Shown here in pieces: positions 20,419 to 29,734 of a DNA stretch of 64,000 bases (position 1 is the stretch's first letter; each line of letters starts with the position of its first letter). The stretch lies in assembly GCA_913041275.1 (NCBI GenBank), contig CAJWHF010000001.1, positions 7,350 to 71,349 on the forward strand, given 5' to 3'. Source of the DNA: an uncultured Opitutia bacterium (lineage in GTDB: Bacteria; Verrucomicrobiota; Verrucomicrobiia; Opitutales; Coraliomargaritaceae). The position numbers and the translations under genes were made by a program. The notes beneath the pieces were generated by a model. That model saw only the letters and a list, made by a program, of their open reading frames with translations, made no database searches and had not been told where the DNA came from.

Positions 20419-21471
20419 TCAGCTCGTCTGCATTTTAGGGTCTACGATATCACGAAGCACATCGCCTAAGATATTATAAGCAATTACCGTAATGAATATG
20501 GCGAATCCTGGAATGAGTAACCACCAGAAGTTAAGATAAAAAACCTTAACATCCTGAGCTTGCGAGAGCATTAAGCCCCACGACGCGGCAGGCTCTTGAA
20601 TTCCTAATCCTAGGAAAGACAATGCAGCTTCACCTAGTACGTAGCCTGGGATCGAAAGTGTCGCCGCAACTAGCAAATAGCTAACTAAATTTGGCAATAT
20701 ATGCTTGAGAAGTATAGCGATCGGGGGCTGCCCCATACTCTCAGCTGCCATCACGTATTGATTTTGCCGTAGCGCGAGCGTCATGCCTCGGAGAATTCGA
20801 GCTGTTCCTGCCCAACCGATGAGCGCGAGGATGACTACAATCACAAAGAACATCTGATCAGAGGGGAAGTGAGGGGCGAGCGCTCCACGTAGGGCTAAAA
20901 GTAGATAAAGGCCTGGCATTGCCATCATGAACTCAACTAAACGCATTGCTAGGAAATCAGTCCTTCCACCAAAGTATCCACTTAAACCACCTACTAGAAA
21001 ACCAAGGCTAGCAGTAATAATAATCCCGATCAATCCGATGAAAAGTGATACTTGAGAGCCATATATAAGCCGAGAAAAGACATCTCTTCCTGTAGAGTCA
21101 CTTCCGAGTAGATAAATTGGACCTATATCATCTTTAACCTGAAAAAGATGGCGCTCTAGCGGAATTAATCCGAATAGACGATACTCATATCCGCGGGCAA
21201 ACAGCTCTATAGGGTAAGAAAGCTCTTCTACTAATTCGTAGCGTGCCTCGGATGGGTCGACTAATTTGTAAGCTTCTACGTGCAGACCTCCATCCTTCCA
21301 AAAGACTTTAGTTGGTGGATGATAGGTACGATTTAAATCCTGCTCATTTGTCTGATAAGGGGCAAGAAGTCCTGCAAAAATCGCAGTCATATAAAGAAGT
21401 CCCAACACACACGCGGAGAATATGCCCAAGGGGCGTCGAAAAACTTCCCGAAAAATATAGAAGAGTGTCAT
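20419..21471 (-). CDS. Peptide/nickel ABC transporter permease (OppC/DppC-like)
   Basis: LLGSD..GRDVFSRLIYG, EAA loop, EAALSFLGLG.Q.P..SWG. Confidence 0.95.
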   Translation of the reverse strand: MTLFYIFREVFRRPLGIFSACVLGLLYMTAIFAGLLAPYQTNEQDLNRTYHPPTKVFWKDGGLHVEAYKLVDPSEARYELVEELSYPIELFARGYEYRLFGLIPLERHLFQVKDDIGPIYLLGSDSTGRDVFSRLIYGSQVSLFIGLIGIIITASLGFLVGGLSGYFGGRTDFLAMRLVEFMMAMPGLYLLLALRGALAPHFPSDQMFFVIVVILALIGWAGTARILRGMTLALRQNQYVMAAESMGQPPIAILLKHILPNLVSYLLVAATLSIPGYVLGEAALSFLGLGIQEPAASWGLMLSQAQDVKVFYLNFWWLLIPGFAIFITVIAYNILGDVLRDIVDPKMQTS

Positions 21472-21472
21472 A

Positions 21473-22447
21473 TCAATTTTTTCTCTCCAATCGGATGCGC
21501 GGGTCAGACCAGGCTAATAAAATATCAGCTAATAAATTTCCAAAAACTAACATTGAACAACCGAGCATAACAGAAGCTAGCACCACAAACTGATCTTCAC
21601 GCAAGATAGACTGATACATCAGTTGCCCCAATCCTGGGTACTGCAGAACGATCTCCACCATAAGTGCTCCACTGAGTAAACCAGACAGAGCGAATCCGAA
21701 TGCACTAATCAAAGGATTAATTGCATTACGCAAGACGTGCTTAAACATCACAACGGATTCACGCACGCCTTTTGATCGAGCAGTAATTACAAATCCTCCC
21801 CGAATCGTATCGATAAAATTAGCTCGCATAATACGCATTATACTGGCGATCGATCCGATGCCGAGTGCTAGCGTTGGTAGAATCAAATGATGTGCCCGGT
21901 CGAGCAGTTTCCCACCGAAACTCATGTATTCATAGTCAATTGAGGTCGCACCTCCTAGAGGAAACAGCCCAGTTTGGGCCGCAAAAAAAACCAAAATTAA
22001 TGCCAAGAAAAATTCAGGAATCGAGAGCGCTGCATATGCGAGCCCAGCGGATATGCGGTCAAAGATCGAATCTTTATAAATAGCCGCTAACACGCCAAGT
22101 GGGATCGCAATCATCCAAGAAAAAATCAAAGAAGAAAAAGACAAAAGGAAGGTAGCCCAAATGCGCTGACCGATTAGTTCAGAGACTGGTAATTTATAGG
22201 CCCATGAATGCCCGAGATTACCCTGTAATACATTTCCAAGCCATTTATAGTATTGTATATACCATGGCTGATCCAAACCAAACTCACTCTCAATAGCTTG
22301 GATAAGTTCAACTGATACATCACGCTGGGCTTTCACGGGTGTTAGGAAATCGCCTGGAGCTAAACTCATTAAAATGAAAGCCAACATCGTAATCCCAAGT
22401 AGAAGTGGGATCAAAGTCATTAGGCGTCGTAGAATAAAAGAAATCAT
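21473..22447 (-). CDS. Peptide/nickel ABC transporter permease (OppB/DppB-like)
   Basis: APGD, GLDQP...QY..WL...G.LG.S, TARSKG...KH.LRNA, DPRIR. Confidence 0.95.
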   Translation of the reverse strand: MISFILRRLMTLIPLLLGITMLAFILMSLAPGDFLTPVKAQRDVSVELIQAIESEFGLDQPWYIQYYKWLGNVLQGNLGHSWAYKLPVSELIGQRIWATFLLSFSSLIFSWMIAIPLGVLAAIYKDSIFDRISAGLAYAALSIPEFFLALILVFFAAQTGLFPLGGATSIDYEYMSFGGKLLDRAHHLILPTLALGIGSIASIMRIMRANFIDTIRGGFVITARSKGVRESVVMFKHVLRNAINPLISAFGFALSGLLSGALMVEIVLQYPGLGQLMYQSILREDQFVVLASVMLGCSMLVFGNLLADILLAWSDPRIRLERKN

Positions 22448-24294
22448 TATTCAGGCTCTGCCCAGAGTGACTCTAGGTTCCAAGTGACACCTCCAAGTGG
22501 GGTGGGTTCTATGTTACGCCACCTGTTGGAATATCCTATGAAATCCTTCGGGCTGACTAAGAAAATAAGTGGCTGCTCTTCAGCTAGAATAGCCTGGACC
22601 TCGTTGAAAAACTTTTTGCGGATATTCACATCCGTATGACGCCCTACTTGGCGCATCAATTCATCAATGCGCGCTTCCCAGGGCGTAGCTGCTTCTGCCT
22701 GCTGGGGGTTCCAGAAGTGCATCCGTCCGCCACTCATTAGTATATCCTTTCCGGCGTAAGGATCTGGAGCGCCTCCACCAAGACCGAGCATGCAGGCTTC
22801 GTATTCAAAGGAATCTGATGTCTTGGTTACGATCGTGTTGAAGTCGAGAAATTGCAGCTCTACATCAATTCCTAGATCAGCCATATTCTCTTTAAAAACA
22901 GTCGCCATTTCAACGCGAAGGCCGTTATTTGAATTAGTCATTAATGAGAATTCGACTTGCCGATTTTCGAAGTCGTAAAGTTTGTTATCTCTATATTGGA
23001 AACCCATTTCAGCAAAGAGCTTCTTAGATTTTTCTGTAGAATATTCGTATTTACGAATAGCTTCATTATACCAAAATTTACGCTTAGGAGATACATATCC
23101 GTGCAAAATATCCGCCCGGTCAAAATAGACGCCTCGAATAATCCCCTTTCGATTGATTCCATGAGAAATAGCCTGCCGGAAGCGCTTATCAGAAAACCAC
23201 TTAGATTTGTGCGGCATGACAAGCGGTTTGCCCTCGGAATTCGTACCTGGATTAAGATTAAACCATAGGAAATTCGTCGAATTAGATGGCCCCATATCCA
23301 GTAACGTGTAGTCAAATTTTTTCTGCCCGCGACGCACCCAAGCTACATTATCTGGAGCGATTGACTCGAAGTCGGTCAGTCCTTGCGCAAAAGCCACATT
23401 ACTACTATTGACGTCTTGAACGATCTTACTAATGACTCGCTCGACGTAAGGAAGACGTTCCCCCATTTCATTTACCTTCCAATAATTAGGATTGCGGGCG
23501 AAGACAATACGTTCGCCCGGCCGGTAGGATTCTAGAACGAACATATTCAAACCAACGATCTTCCATGGCTCATTAATCGCTGTCTGTACACTCCACTGAT
23601 CCATCAAAGTTCCATTCTTGAAAGCATCCTGAAGGATATGTTTAGGTAAGATTTCTTCTCCGCCCCCAAAAAGCAGAAAAGGTGCGTAGACCTCAGGCGT
23701 AGTAAAACGAACGGTATGAAGATCTATCATTTCAACCTTTGGCTCCTGCCCATTTATTAGCTGACCAAAGGTCGAACGCGAATTGTATCGGTAGACAGGC
23801 CGGCCTTGCGAATCCATCATATTTTCACCAGTAAGCTCGTCTTGCTTCTTGGCAAAAAATGTTTGCCAAGTAAAAACTACATCTTCTGCTGTAAATGAAT
23901 GTCCATCACTCCAGTGAATTCCTTCGCGTAGATGGAAAGTGTATTGGAGGCTATCCTCAGATATCTCCCATGATTTGGCGAGATTAGGAATAACTGCACC
24001 GTCAACTGGGTCTAAAGTGACTAGACTGTCTAGGATACGGCCAATAACAAGAGAACCTGCTAGAGACTCGTTTACCAAGGGGTTCACTGTAGCGATGTCA
24101 CCAGGAACAGTCTCAGATAAATTTGCTCCAAATACCCCTGTTGGGAAGTTCACCTGCAACTTATCTAAAGGAAGGGGTAGTACTGGAAGCTTAGGTCGCT
24201 CTTCAGCACGCTCTCTATCGCAACCCGAAATTAGGGTAAGCAGAAAGATCAAGAGCCCTAATAGAAGAGCTTGTCTGAACATGCGCTGAAACAT
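22447..24294 (-). CDS. Peptide/nickel ABC transporter substrate-binding lipoprotein (SBP family 5)
   Basis: Lipobox LISGC; PNLAKSWEIS.D...YTFHLR.G..WSDG..FTAEDV.FT; RFRQAIS..INR. Confidence 0.93.
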   Translation of the reverse strand: MFQRMFRQALLLGLLIFLLTLISGCDRERAEERPKLPVLPLPLDKLQVNFPTGVFGANLSETVPGDIATVNPLVNESLAGSLVIGRILDSLVTLDPVDGAVIPNLAKSWEISEDSLQYTFHLREGIHWSDGHSFTAEDVVFTWQTFFAKKQDELTGENMMDSQGRPVYRYNSRSTFGQLINGQEPKVEMIDLHTVRFTTPEVYAPFLLFGGGEEILPKHILQDAFKNGTLMDQWSVQTAINEPWKIVGLNMFVLESYRPGERIVFARNPNYWKVNEMGERLPYVERVISKIVQDVNSSNVAFAQGLTDFESIAPDNVAWVRRGQKKFDYTLLDMGPSNSTNFLWFNLNPGTNSEGKPLVMPHKSKWFSDKRFRQAISHGINRKGIIRGVYFDRADILHGYVSPKRKFWYNEAIRKYEYSTEKSKKLFAEMGFQYRDNKLYDFENRQVEFSLMTNSNNGLRVEMATVFKENMADLGIDVELQFLDFNTIVTKTSDSFEYEACMLGLGGGAPDPYAGKDILMSGGRMHFWNPQQAEAATPWEARIDELMRQVGRHTDVNIRKKFFNEVQAILAEEQPLIFLVSPKDFIGYSNRWRNIEPTPLGGVTWNLESLWAEPE

Positions 24295-24454
24295 GTACCT
24301 AATAGAAATAGTGTAAGTACTTTATTCAATGCTATATCACAGCAGAGATCTCTATTTACCTCTTGTGAAAAGCTGTGCTTTATATCATAGTTATTTTTTA
24401 ATAATGAAACTTTTCCTCTAAAGATGGCGATTAAAAATGAAGTTATCATTAGAT

Positions 24455-25963
24455 ATGTCATACTCTAAACCTACCCCACAGACCTTTTCGGTCGAAGACG
24501 CTTGGAAACCGCTACCCACGGGCTACTGGCGTGTAGATACGGCGCAGCATCTACTGCGGCGTATGGGCTTTTCTGCAACGCCCAAGGCAGTAAAATCTGC
24601 GCTGAAAAAATCGCCTAAACACTCGATAGAACAGGCATTTCAACCTAATGCTTTAATGCCGAAGTCCGAGGCATTAGCTGAATTCGAGTCGACTATCCAC
24701 ACGCGATATCGGGAAATTTACGGTGGGGACTATGATTCCGACCAAAAGCGCATAATGTCCAATAAGTTACGAAGGGAAGACGAAGAACTATTCCGTGAAT
24801 ATGCTATGGATTGGTTTGTTTATGCTCGTGACCCAAAACATAGCGCACAGGAAAAATTCGTACTTTTTTTGCAAGATATTTTTGTAGTCGAACGACCAAC
24901 GGTCAAAGAATGCTACGCGTTATATAATTTACAACAAACTCTCCGCGAAGGTACCACGATCGACTATCCTGAACTCTGTAAGCGAGTAAGCAGGGACCCA
25001 GCAATGGTTAGATACCTTGATCTTAACAAAAATACGACGCGTAAGCCAAATGAAAATTTCGCTCGTGAATTATTTGAGCTCTTTATTTTAGGCGAAGGTA
25101 ATTATACCGAAGCAGACATTAAGGAGGCTTCTCGTGCTTTCACTGGCTACCGTATTAAAGACCGCACCGATTTCTTTTTCCAAAGAAACCTGCATGATAA
25201 AGGTGTTAAGACTGTGTTTAACGAGCAAGGAAATTGGAATGGAGATGAAGTAATCGATATTACTTTTCGTCAACCAGCGGCAAAGACATTCCTCATTCGC
25301 GAATTAATCAAATTCTATCTGACCGAAGATACTGTGCCAGAAACCTACATTGAAGCTCTTGGTGAGCTTTGGGCGAATAATAATTTTAACCTAGGTTATT
25401 TGTTAAAAACTTTTTTTCAAAGTCGTCTCTTCTTCCACCCGACTTATCGAGGAAATTTGGTAAAAAGCCCAATACACTTTTACCTCGGCCTATGCCATGA
25501 TCTCAACCTAGACGTAGTGCCATTCGATAGCAGATTATTACGAAGCATGAGAATTATGGGTCAGGACTTTTATAATCCACCCAATGTGAGAGGCTGGCTT
25601 TACGGTGAATATTGGATTAATTCTACGACTATAAGCGGTCGTAGACAAGTTGTTGATTATCTCTTCAGTAAAATTAACGAGAAAAATCTAAACGGGAATG
25701 AAAAGCGTGACCTGAAGAGAGCGCGTGAAGAGAAACGGGGAGACTTTCTAGTTACTGATGAGCGCCTAAATCAAGTTCTGGGTACCGCTATAGATGATCT
25801 AGCCGAACACTTTACCTCTTATTTCATTACCGAACACTCTCGCGCAAACTACCTTGAACCCCTTCAGTCCATCATGAATGACAGTAAGTCAGAAGGCGCA
25901 ACACGCCGCATAAGAAACGCTATAATCGCACTTCTCCAATCTCCTGCATATAATTTATCATGA
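24455..25963 (+). CDS. DUF1800 domain protein
   Basis: AQHLLRR.GF, PAM..YLD...PNENFARE.FELF.LG.G.YTE.DI.E..RAFTG, PPNV.GW...WI. The start may be 24437 or 24455. Confidence 0.9.
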   Translation: MSYSKPTPQTFSVEDAWKPLPTGYWRVDTAQHLLRRMGFSATPKAVKSALKKSPKHSIEQAFQPNALMPKSEALAEFESTIHTRYREIYGGDYDSDQKRIMSNKLRREDEELFREYAMDWFVYARDPKHSAQEKFVLFLQDIFVVERPTVKECYALYNLQQTLREGTTIDYPELCKRVSRDPAMVRYLDLNKNTTRKPNENFARELFELFILGEGNYTEADIKEASRAFTGYRIKDRTDFFFQRNLHDKGVKTVFNEQGNWNGDEVIDITFRQPAAKTFLIRELIKFYLTEDTVPETYIEALGELWANNNFNLGYLLKTFFQSRLFFHPTYRGNLVKSPIHFYLGLCHDLNLDVVPFDSRLLRSMRIMGQDFYNPPNVRGWLYGEYWINSTTISGRRQVVDYLFSKINEKNLNGNEKRDLKRAREEKRGDFLVTDERLNQVLGTAIDDLAEHFTSYFITEHSRANYLEPLQSIMNDSKSEGATRRIRNAIIALLQSPAYNLS

Positions 25964-27186
25964 AAGACTTACCCCTGACTCGACGCGAATTTATCCGAGG
26001 AACAGGCGGTCTCGGATTCTTGGCTTTTAGCGGTTTCGCTCCATCTTTCTTAGCGCAAAGCGCTCTGGCTCAAACACCCGCCCCCGAACGAGATCGTAGT
26101 ATTTTAGTTATAATACAATTAGCAGGTGGAAACGACGGTCTTAATACCGTAGTTCCTCATACCGACGACCGTTATTACAACCTCCGACCTGGAATCGGGC
26201 TTCAGAAAAATCTTCTTAATATAAATGACGATTTAGCCCTACACCCAGCTTGTCAGGAGCTTCACCATCTCTATAACGAAGGCAATCTTTCGATTATACA
26301 AAATGTAGGATATCCAAATCCAAACCGAAGCCACTTTCGCTCAACTGAGATATGGGAGACGGGAAGCGATAGTGATACCTTTCAACGCGAGGGTTGGCTA
26401 GGCCGTTTCCTCGATAATGCCTGTTCGGGCAGTCCGACAGCAGACTCAGACCCGGCAGCAGTCCATGTAAGTGATATGATTCCCCAGAGCTACCTTTCCG
26501 ATCAGTCGCACTCGCTCTTCGGCATGAATGCATATGGCAAATTCGACCGATCTGATGACCCTGCTGATCTCGCATACGAAAAACTTCTCCAAGCCGATCA
26601 CATTGAAGGTAATGCAACTTATCTGCAGCAGACGATGATGAATACTCTCGTCACCGAACGTCGTGTAGAGCGGATTATTGCCAAATACAAAGCACAAGCT
26701 AATTACCCTAACACTAAACTAGCCCAATCACTCAAACGAGTCGCTGCTCTTGTCCATGCTAATATGGAGACACGCGTCTACTACGTTTCTCAAAGTGGCT
26801 ATGATACCCATGCGAATCAACTTAATAACCATCAACGCCTTCTAAGTGAACTCTCTGCCGCGATGGGCGCATTTCAAAATGACCTTAATGCCCATAGAAA
26901 GGACGACCAAGTTATAACTATGACTTTCTCCGAGTTCGGTCGTCGGCCAGCCGAAAACGGTAGCGGTGGCACTGATCATGGCACCGCCGCTCCTCTCTTT
27001 GTCATGGGTTCGAAAGTAAAAGGTGGACTGCTCGGTAGCGCCCCAGACCTCGGTATTAGCGAAAAAGAAGATCTAGAATATGCCACAGACTTTCGTGGCA
27101 TATACAGTAGCGTTATAGACAAGTGGCTAGAGGCGGACTCTAGTCAGATCCTAGGAGAGAAGTTTGATCACGTGCCATTTATTTAA
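25960..27186 (+). CDS. DUF1501 domain protein, Tat-exported
   Basis: TRREFI Tat motif; QLAGGNDGLN, P.RSHF.S..IW, GYDTH..Q, FSEFGRR..EN.S.GTDHG. Confidence 0.92.
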   Translation: MKDLPLTRREFIRGTGGLGFLAFSGFAPSFLAQSALAQTPAPERDRSILVIIQLAGGNDGLNTVVPHTDDRYYNLRPGIGLQKNLLNINDDLALHPACQELHHLYNEGNLSIIQNVGYPNPNRSHFRSTEIWETGSDSDTFQREGWLGRFLDNACSGSPTADSDPAAVHVSDMIPQSYLSDQSHSLFGMNAYGKFDRSDDPADLAYEKLLQADHIEGNATYLQQTMMNTLVTERRVERIIAKYKAQANYPNTKLAQSLKRVAALVHANMETRVYYVSQSGYDTHANQLNNHQRLLSELSAAMGAFQNDLNAHRKDDQVITMTFSEFGRRPAENGSGGTDHGTAAPLFVMGSKVKGGLLGSAPDLGISEKEDLEYATDFRGIYSSVIDKWLEADSSQILGEKFDHVPFI

Positions 27187-27207
27187 AAGGTATAGCTAAA
27201 GTTTCCT

Positions 27208-28548
27208 CTAGTCACTGTGCTTGTTACCAAAACGCAAATGTTGCGACACAAAGACCAGCCCGAGGCAGACAAGGAAATACCAAGGTAACCACTGCAGCGA
27301 CTCTACAAAAATTGATTGTTGTGATGCATTACCAACAATAGCGCCTCTTTCCTGGGTTTTGATCCAAACAATCAGACCTGAATACATCAATGAGAGTATA
27401 CCGTAGCTAAAGTTTGTGCTCAGACCGCGGAAACTCAATACTGTGGCTCTCTGCTTTGAAGGTGCAGCCTCGTTCAAGTAACGACTAACAAAAAAACCTG
27501 TTAGCTGAATTGAGGCGTAGAGAAAAATTGCTGGGATAATCCCCCAGTAAGGTATAGCGAATCCTAAACCTACTAATCCAATAAAAACGGCTGCCGCAGT
27601 CGTTATAAAATTTTGCAGAGGCGTTCTCTTCTCGGCTAGAATCCGTGCCACACGGGGCACAAAGAGCCCCATTAAGGCCATTCCCGAACCTATAAGACCA
27701 TAACTAGCTATAGGTAAATTTATTACATTCCAATACTCGCTAGCTAATGTTAAAAATTGCCGAATTACACTGTCTAGTACCATAGCCGCGAGGATAATAC
27801 AAAAAGGCAAGTAGGTAGTCCAAATCCAGCGTGCAGTCACACCAGTTTCCCGCCAGCACCGCGCTAGAGTCTCGCGAATGCCCAATTCTTCTTCTCTTGG
27901 CGCTTCCTGCATACGCAGCGCCATCCAAAAGACGACAACAGCAGAGAGTAAAGTGAGGAATATGGGTAATTTAATCAAATCTGACTGATCAACCGAGACC
28001 GACTGCCCAAAAAATACTAATATCGCATTAATCATCTGAGGGTCGTAGACCGCCGCTCCAATCATCATAGCAAAAAAGAAGCCTAATGAAGTATCGCGCT
28101 GGACTCGCTCTAAGACTTTTCCCCACCGCCCTTCTAAACCCGCGGCCTTAAGCGAATCGTAGGTTAATGCTTCATCTGCACCACTGGCCGCGGCTTCGGC
28201 TATTCCACTCAAGAGCCTATTGAGGGCAAAGCATGTAAAAAGCCAGGTCCCTCCACCAATTGGGGCCAGTAAAAGCACCGCCATTTCCATTAGCATACAT
28301 GAGCCTGCAATAATCAAAAGCTTGCGCCGACCTAATGTGTCGGCTAATGCACCCGAAGGTACCTCAAAAAAAACTATGGTCACTGCCCATAGGCCGTTTA
28401 AAATAGCAAACTGACCGAGTGTTAACCCATAATCTAAAAAGAGTAGCGCATATACTGGATAATAAAAACGAGCCGTAAAAAATACTCGAAATAGCGTAAA
28501 GCTGCGCACGTTGTGCCATGCGGTTTGTTCGAGTTCTGAAGCGGTCAT
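27208..28548 (-). CDS. MFS transporter
   Basis: About 12 TM helices; EVPSG.LAD..GRR, SGA.EAL.YDS, RATVLS. Confidence 0.9.
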   Translation of the reverse strand: MTASELEQTAWHNVRSFTLFRVFFTARFYYPVYALLFLDYGLTLGQFAILNGLWAVTIVFFEVPSGALADTLGRRKLLIIAGSCMLMEMAVLLLAPIGGGTWLFTCFALNRLLSGIAEAAASGADEALTYDSLKAAGLEGRWGKVLERVQRDTSLGFFFAMMIGAAVYDPQMINAILVFFGQSVSVDQSDLIKLPIFLTLLSAVVVFWMALRMQEAPREEELGIRETLARCWRETGVTARWIWTTYLPFCIILAAMVLDSVIRQFLTLASEYWNVINLPIASYGLIGSGMALMGLFVPRVARILAEKRTPLQNFITTAAAVFIGLVGLGFAIPYWGIIPAIFLYASIQLTGFFVSRYLNEAAPSKQRATVLSFRGLSTNFSYGILSLMYSGLIVWIKTQERGAIVGNASQQSIFVESLQWLPWYFLVCLGLVFVSQHLRFGNKHSD

Positions 28549-28610
28549 TAAATCTAAAAAACTAATACCTTCTCTACTAATTAATAGAACCGCAAGGAAA
28601 GCCGTAGAAT

Positions 28611-28639
28611 TTCACCTAAAATAAATACAAAGCTATAAT
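28611..28639 (+). promoter_or_regulatory. Putative sigma70 promoter for yhaM
   Basis: TTCACC-17 nt-TATAAT, about 75 nt upstream of ATG 28713. Confidence 0.4.
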
Positions 28640-28712
28640 AGAGCTTAGACTTCGTTTCTGGTTTGCAAGCTACTAACGATCAGCAAAAATAGGGCAGTAA
28701 CCCCAAATTAAT

Positions 28713-29696
28713 ATGAGTGAATTTAAAACAGTTCAAGAGCTCAAACAGCTCGACCCTCTCAAGGCAGAACCCTTTCGCAGCATCCTAGTCCTGCGCCGAA
28801 AAGCAGTCAAAACAGCAAAAAATGGGAGTCCTTTTCTTAGCATGGAAATGGGTGATGCGGGAGGCAGCTTTACTGCTAACGCCTTCGGTGACTCAGCAAT
28901 CTACTCTGCGCTCGAAAACGTGGAGGAAGGAGCCATCGTACGTATCGCTGGAAAGACAGAGTATTACCAAGAGCGCTTTTCTCCTCGCCTACAAGCTGCC
29001 GAAGAAGTCGATGCTGCCGAGGCTGAGGCCTCGGGGGTACTCGAGCAACTAGTAGAGACGCCTCCAGAATCTGAAGAAGAGCTGTGGACGCATATCGAAG
29101 AAGCCATTGCGGTGATTGAACACCCACAATTAAAAGATACTGTACAACGCGTGATGGATGAAATGGGTACACAGTTTCGCACTAGTACCGCCGCCATAAG
29201 CATGCATCATGCCTACCGCCATGGATTACTAGAGCACACCACACACATGGTGCGCGCCGCTCGTGCCCTGCTGCCCTTGTATCCGCAAGTCGATGCCGAC
29301 CTCACAATTGCTGGCATACTTCTGCACGACATTGGAAAACTTGAAGAGTATCAAGGTGACTTTGCTGCGAAAGTTAGCCGGGTCGGGACCCTCCAAGGCC
29401 ACGTCGTGATCGGATTTAGAACTGCCCGTAAAGCAGCAATTCAATGTAAGCTTAACGCAGATCTTACCGAGCGACTAGAACACATAATTTTAAGTCATCA
29501 AGGTGAGAAAGAATGGGGCGCCGCAGCTATGGCTGCTACTCCCGAGGCAGTCTTTGTGTCAATGATCGACAACCTAGATGCTAAAATGGGAATGGTGCAA
29601 CGTGTCTTACGCAATTCTTCCCAAAACGATGAGTTTTCCGAATATCTGCACGGCTTGAAGACACGTGTGTTACTCACACCACCGGATAAAAATTAA
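28713..29696 (+). CDS. yhaM: 3'-5' exoribonuclease YhaM/Cbf1 family (OB fold plus HD domain)
   Basis: N-terminal OB fold (KNG.PFL...D..G), AA..MHHAY..GLLEH, LHDIGK, H.ILSH.G..EWG, DNLDAK. Confidence 0.9.
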   Translation: MSEFKTVQELKQLDPLKAEPFRSILVLRRKAVKTAKNGSPFLSMEMGDAGGSFTANAFGDSAIYSALENVEEGAIVRIAGKTEYYQERFSPRLQAAEEVDAAEAEASGVLEQLVETPPESEEELWTHIEEAIAVIEHPQLKDTVQRVMDEMGTQFRTSTAAISMHHAYRHGLLEHTTHMVRAARALLPLYPQVDADLTIAGILLHDIGKLEEYQGDFAAKVSRVGTLQGHVVIGFRTARKAAIQCKLNADLTERLEHIILSHQGEKEWGAAAMAATPEAVFVSMIDNLDAKMGMVQRVLRNSSQNDEFSEYLHGLKTRVLLTPPDKN

Positions 29697-29734
29697 ATAT
29701 ACATTAATTAGCGGACGATTATTTAAAATAAAAT

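Noticed and set aside
28713-29696. HD-domain gene as a defence or Cas3-type nuclease
   Set aside because: The OB+HD architecture and HHAY motif fit housekeeping YhaM; no cas or defence neighbours
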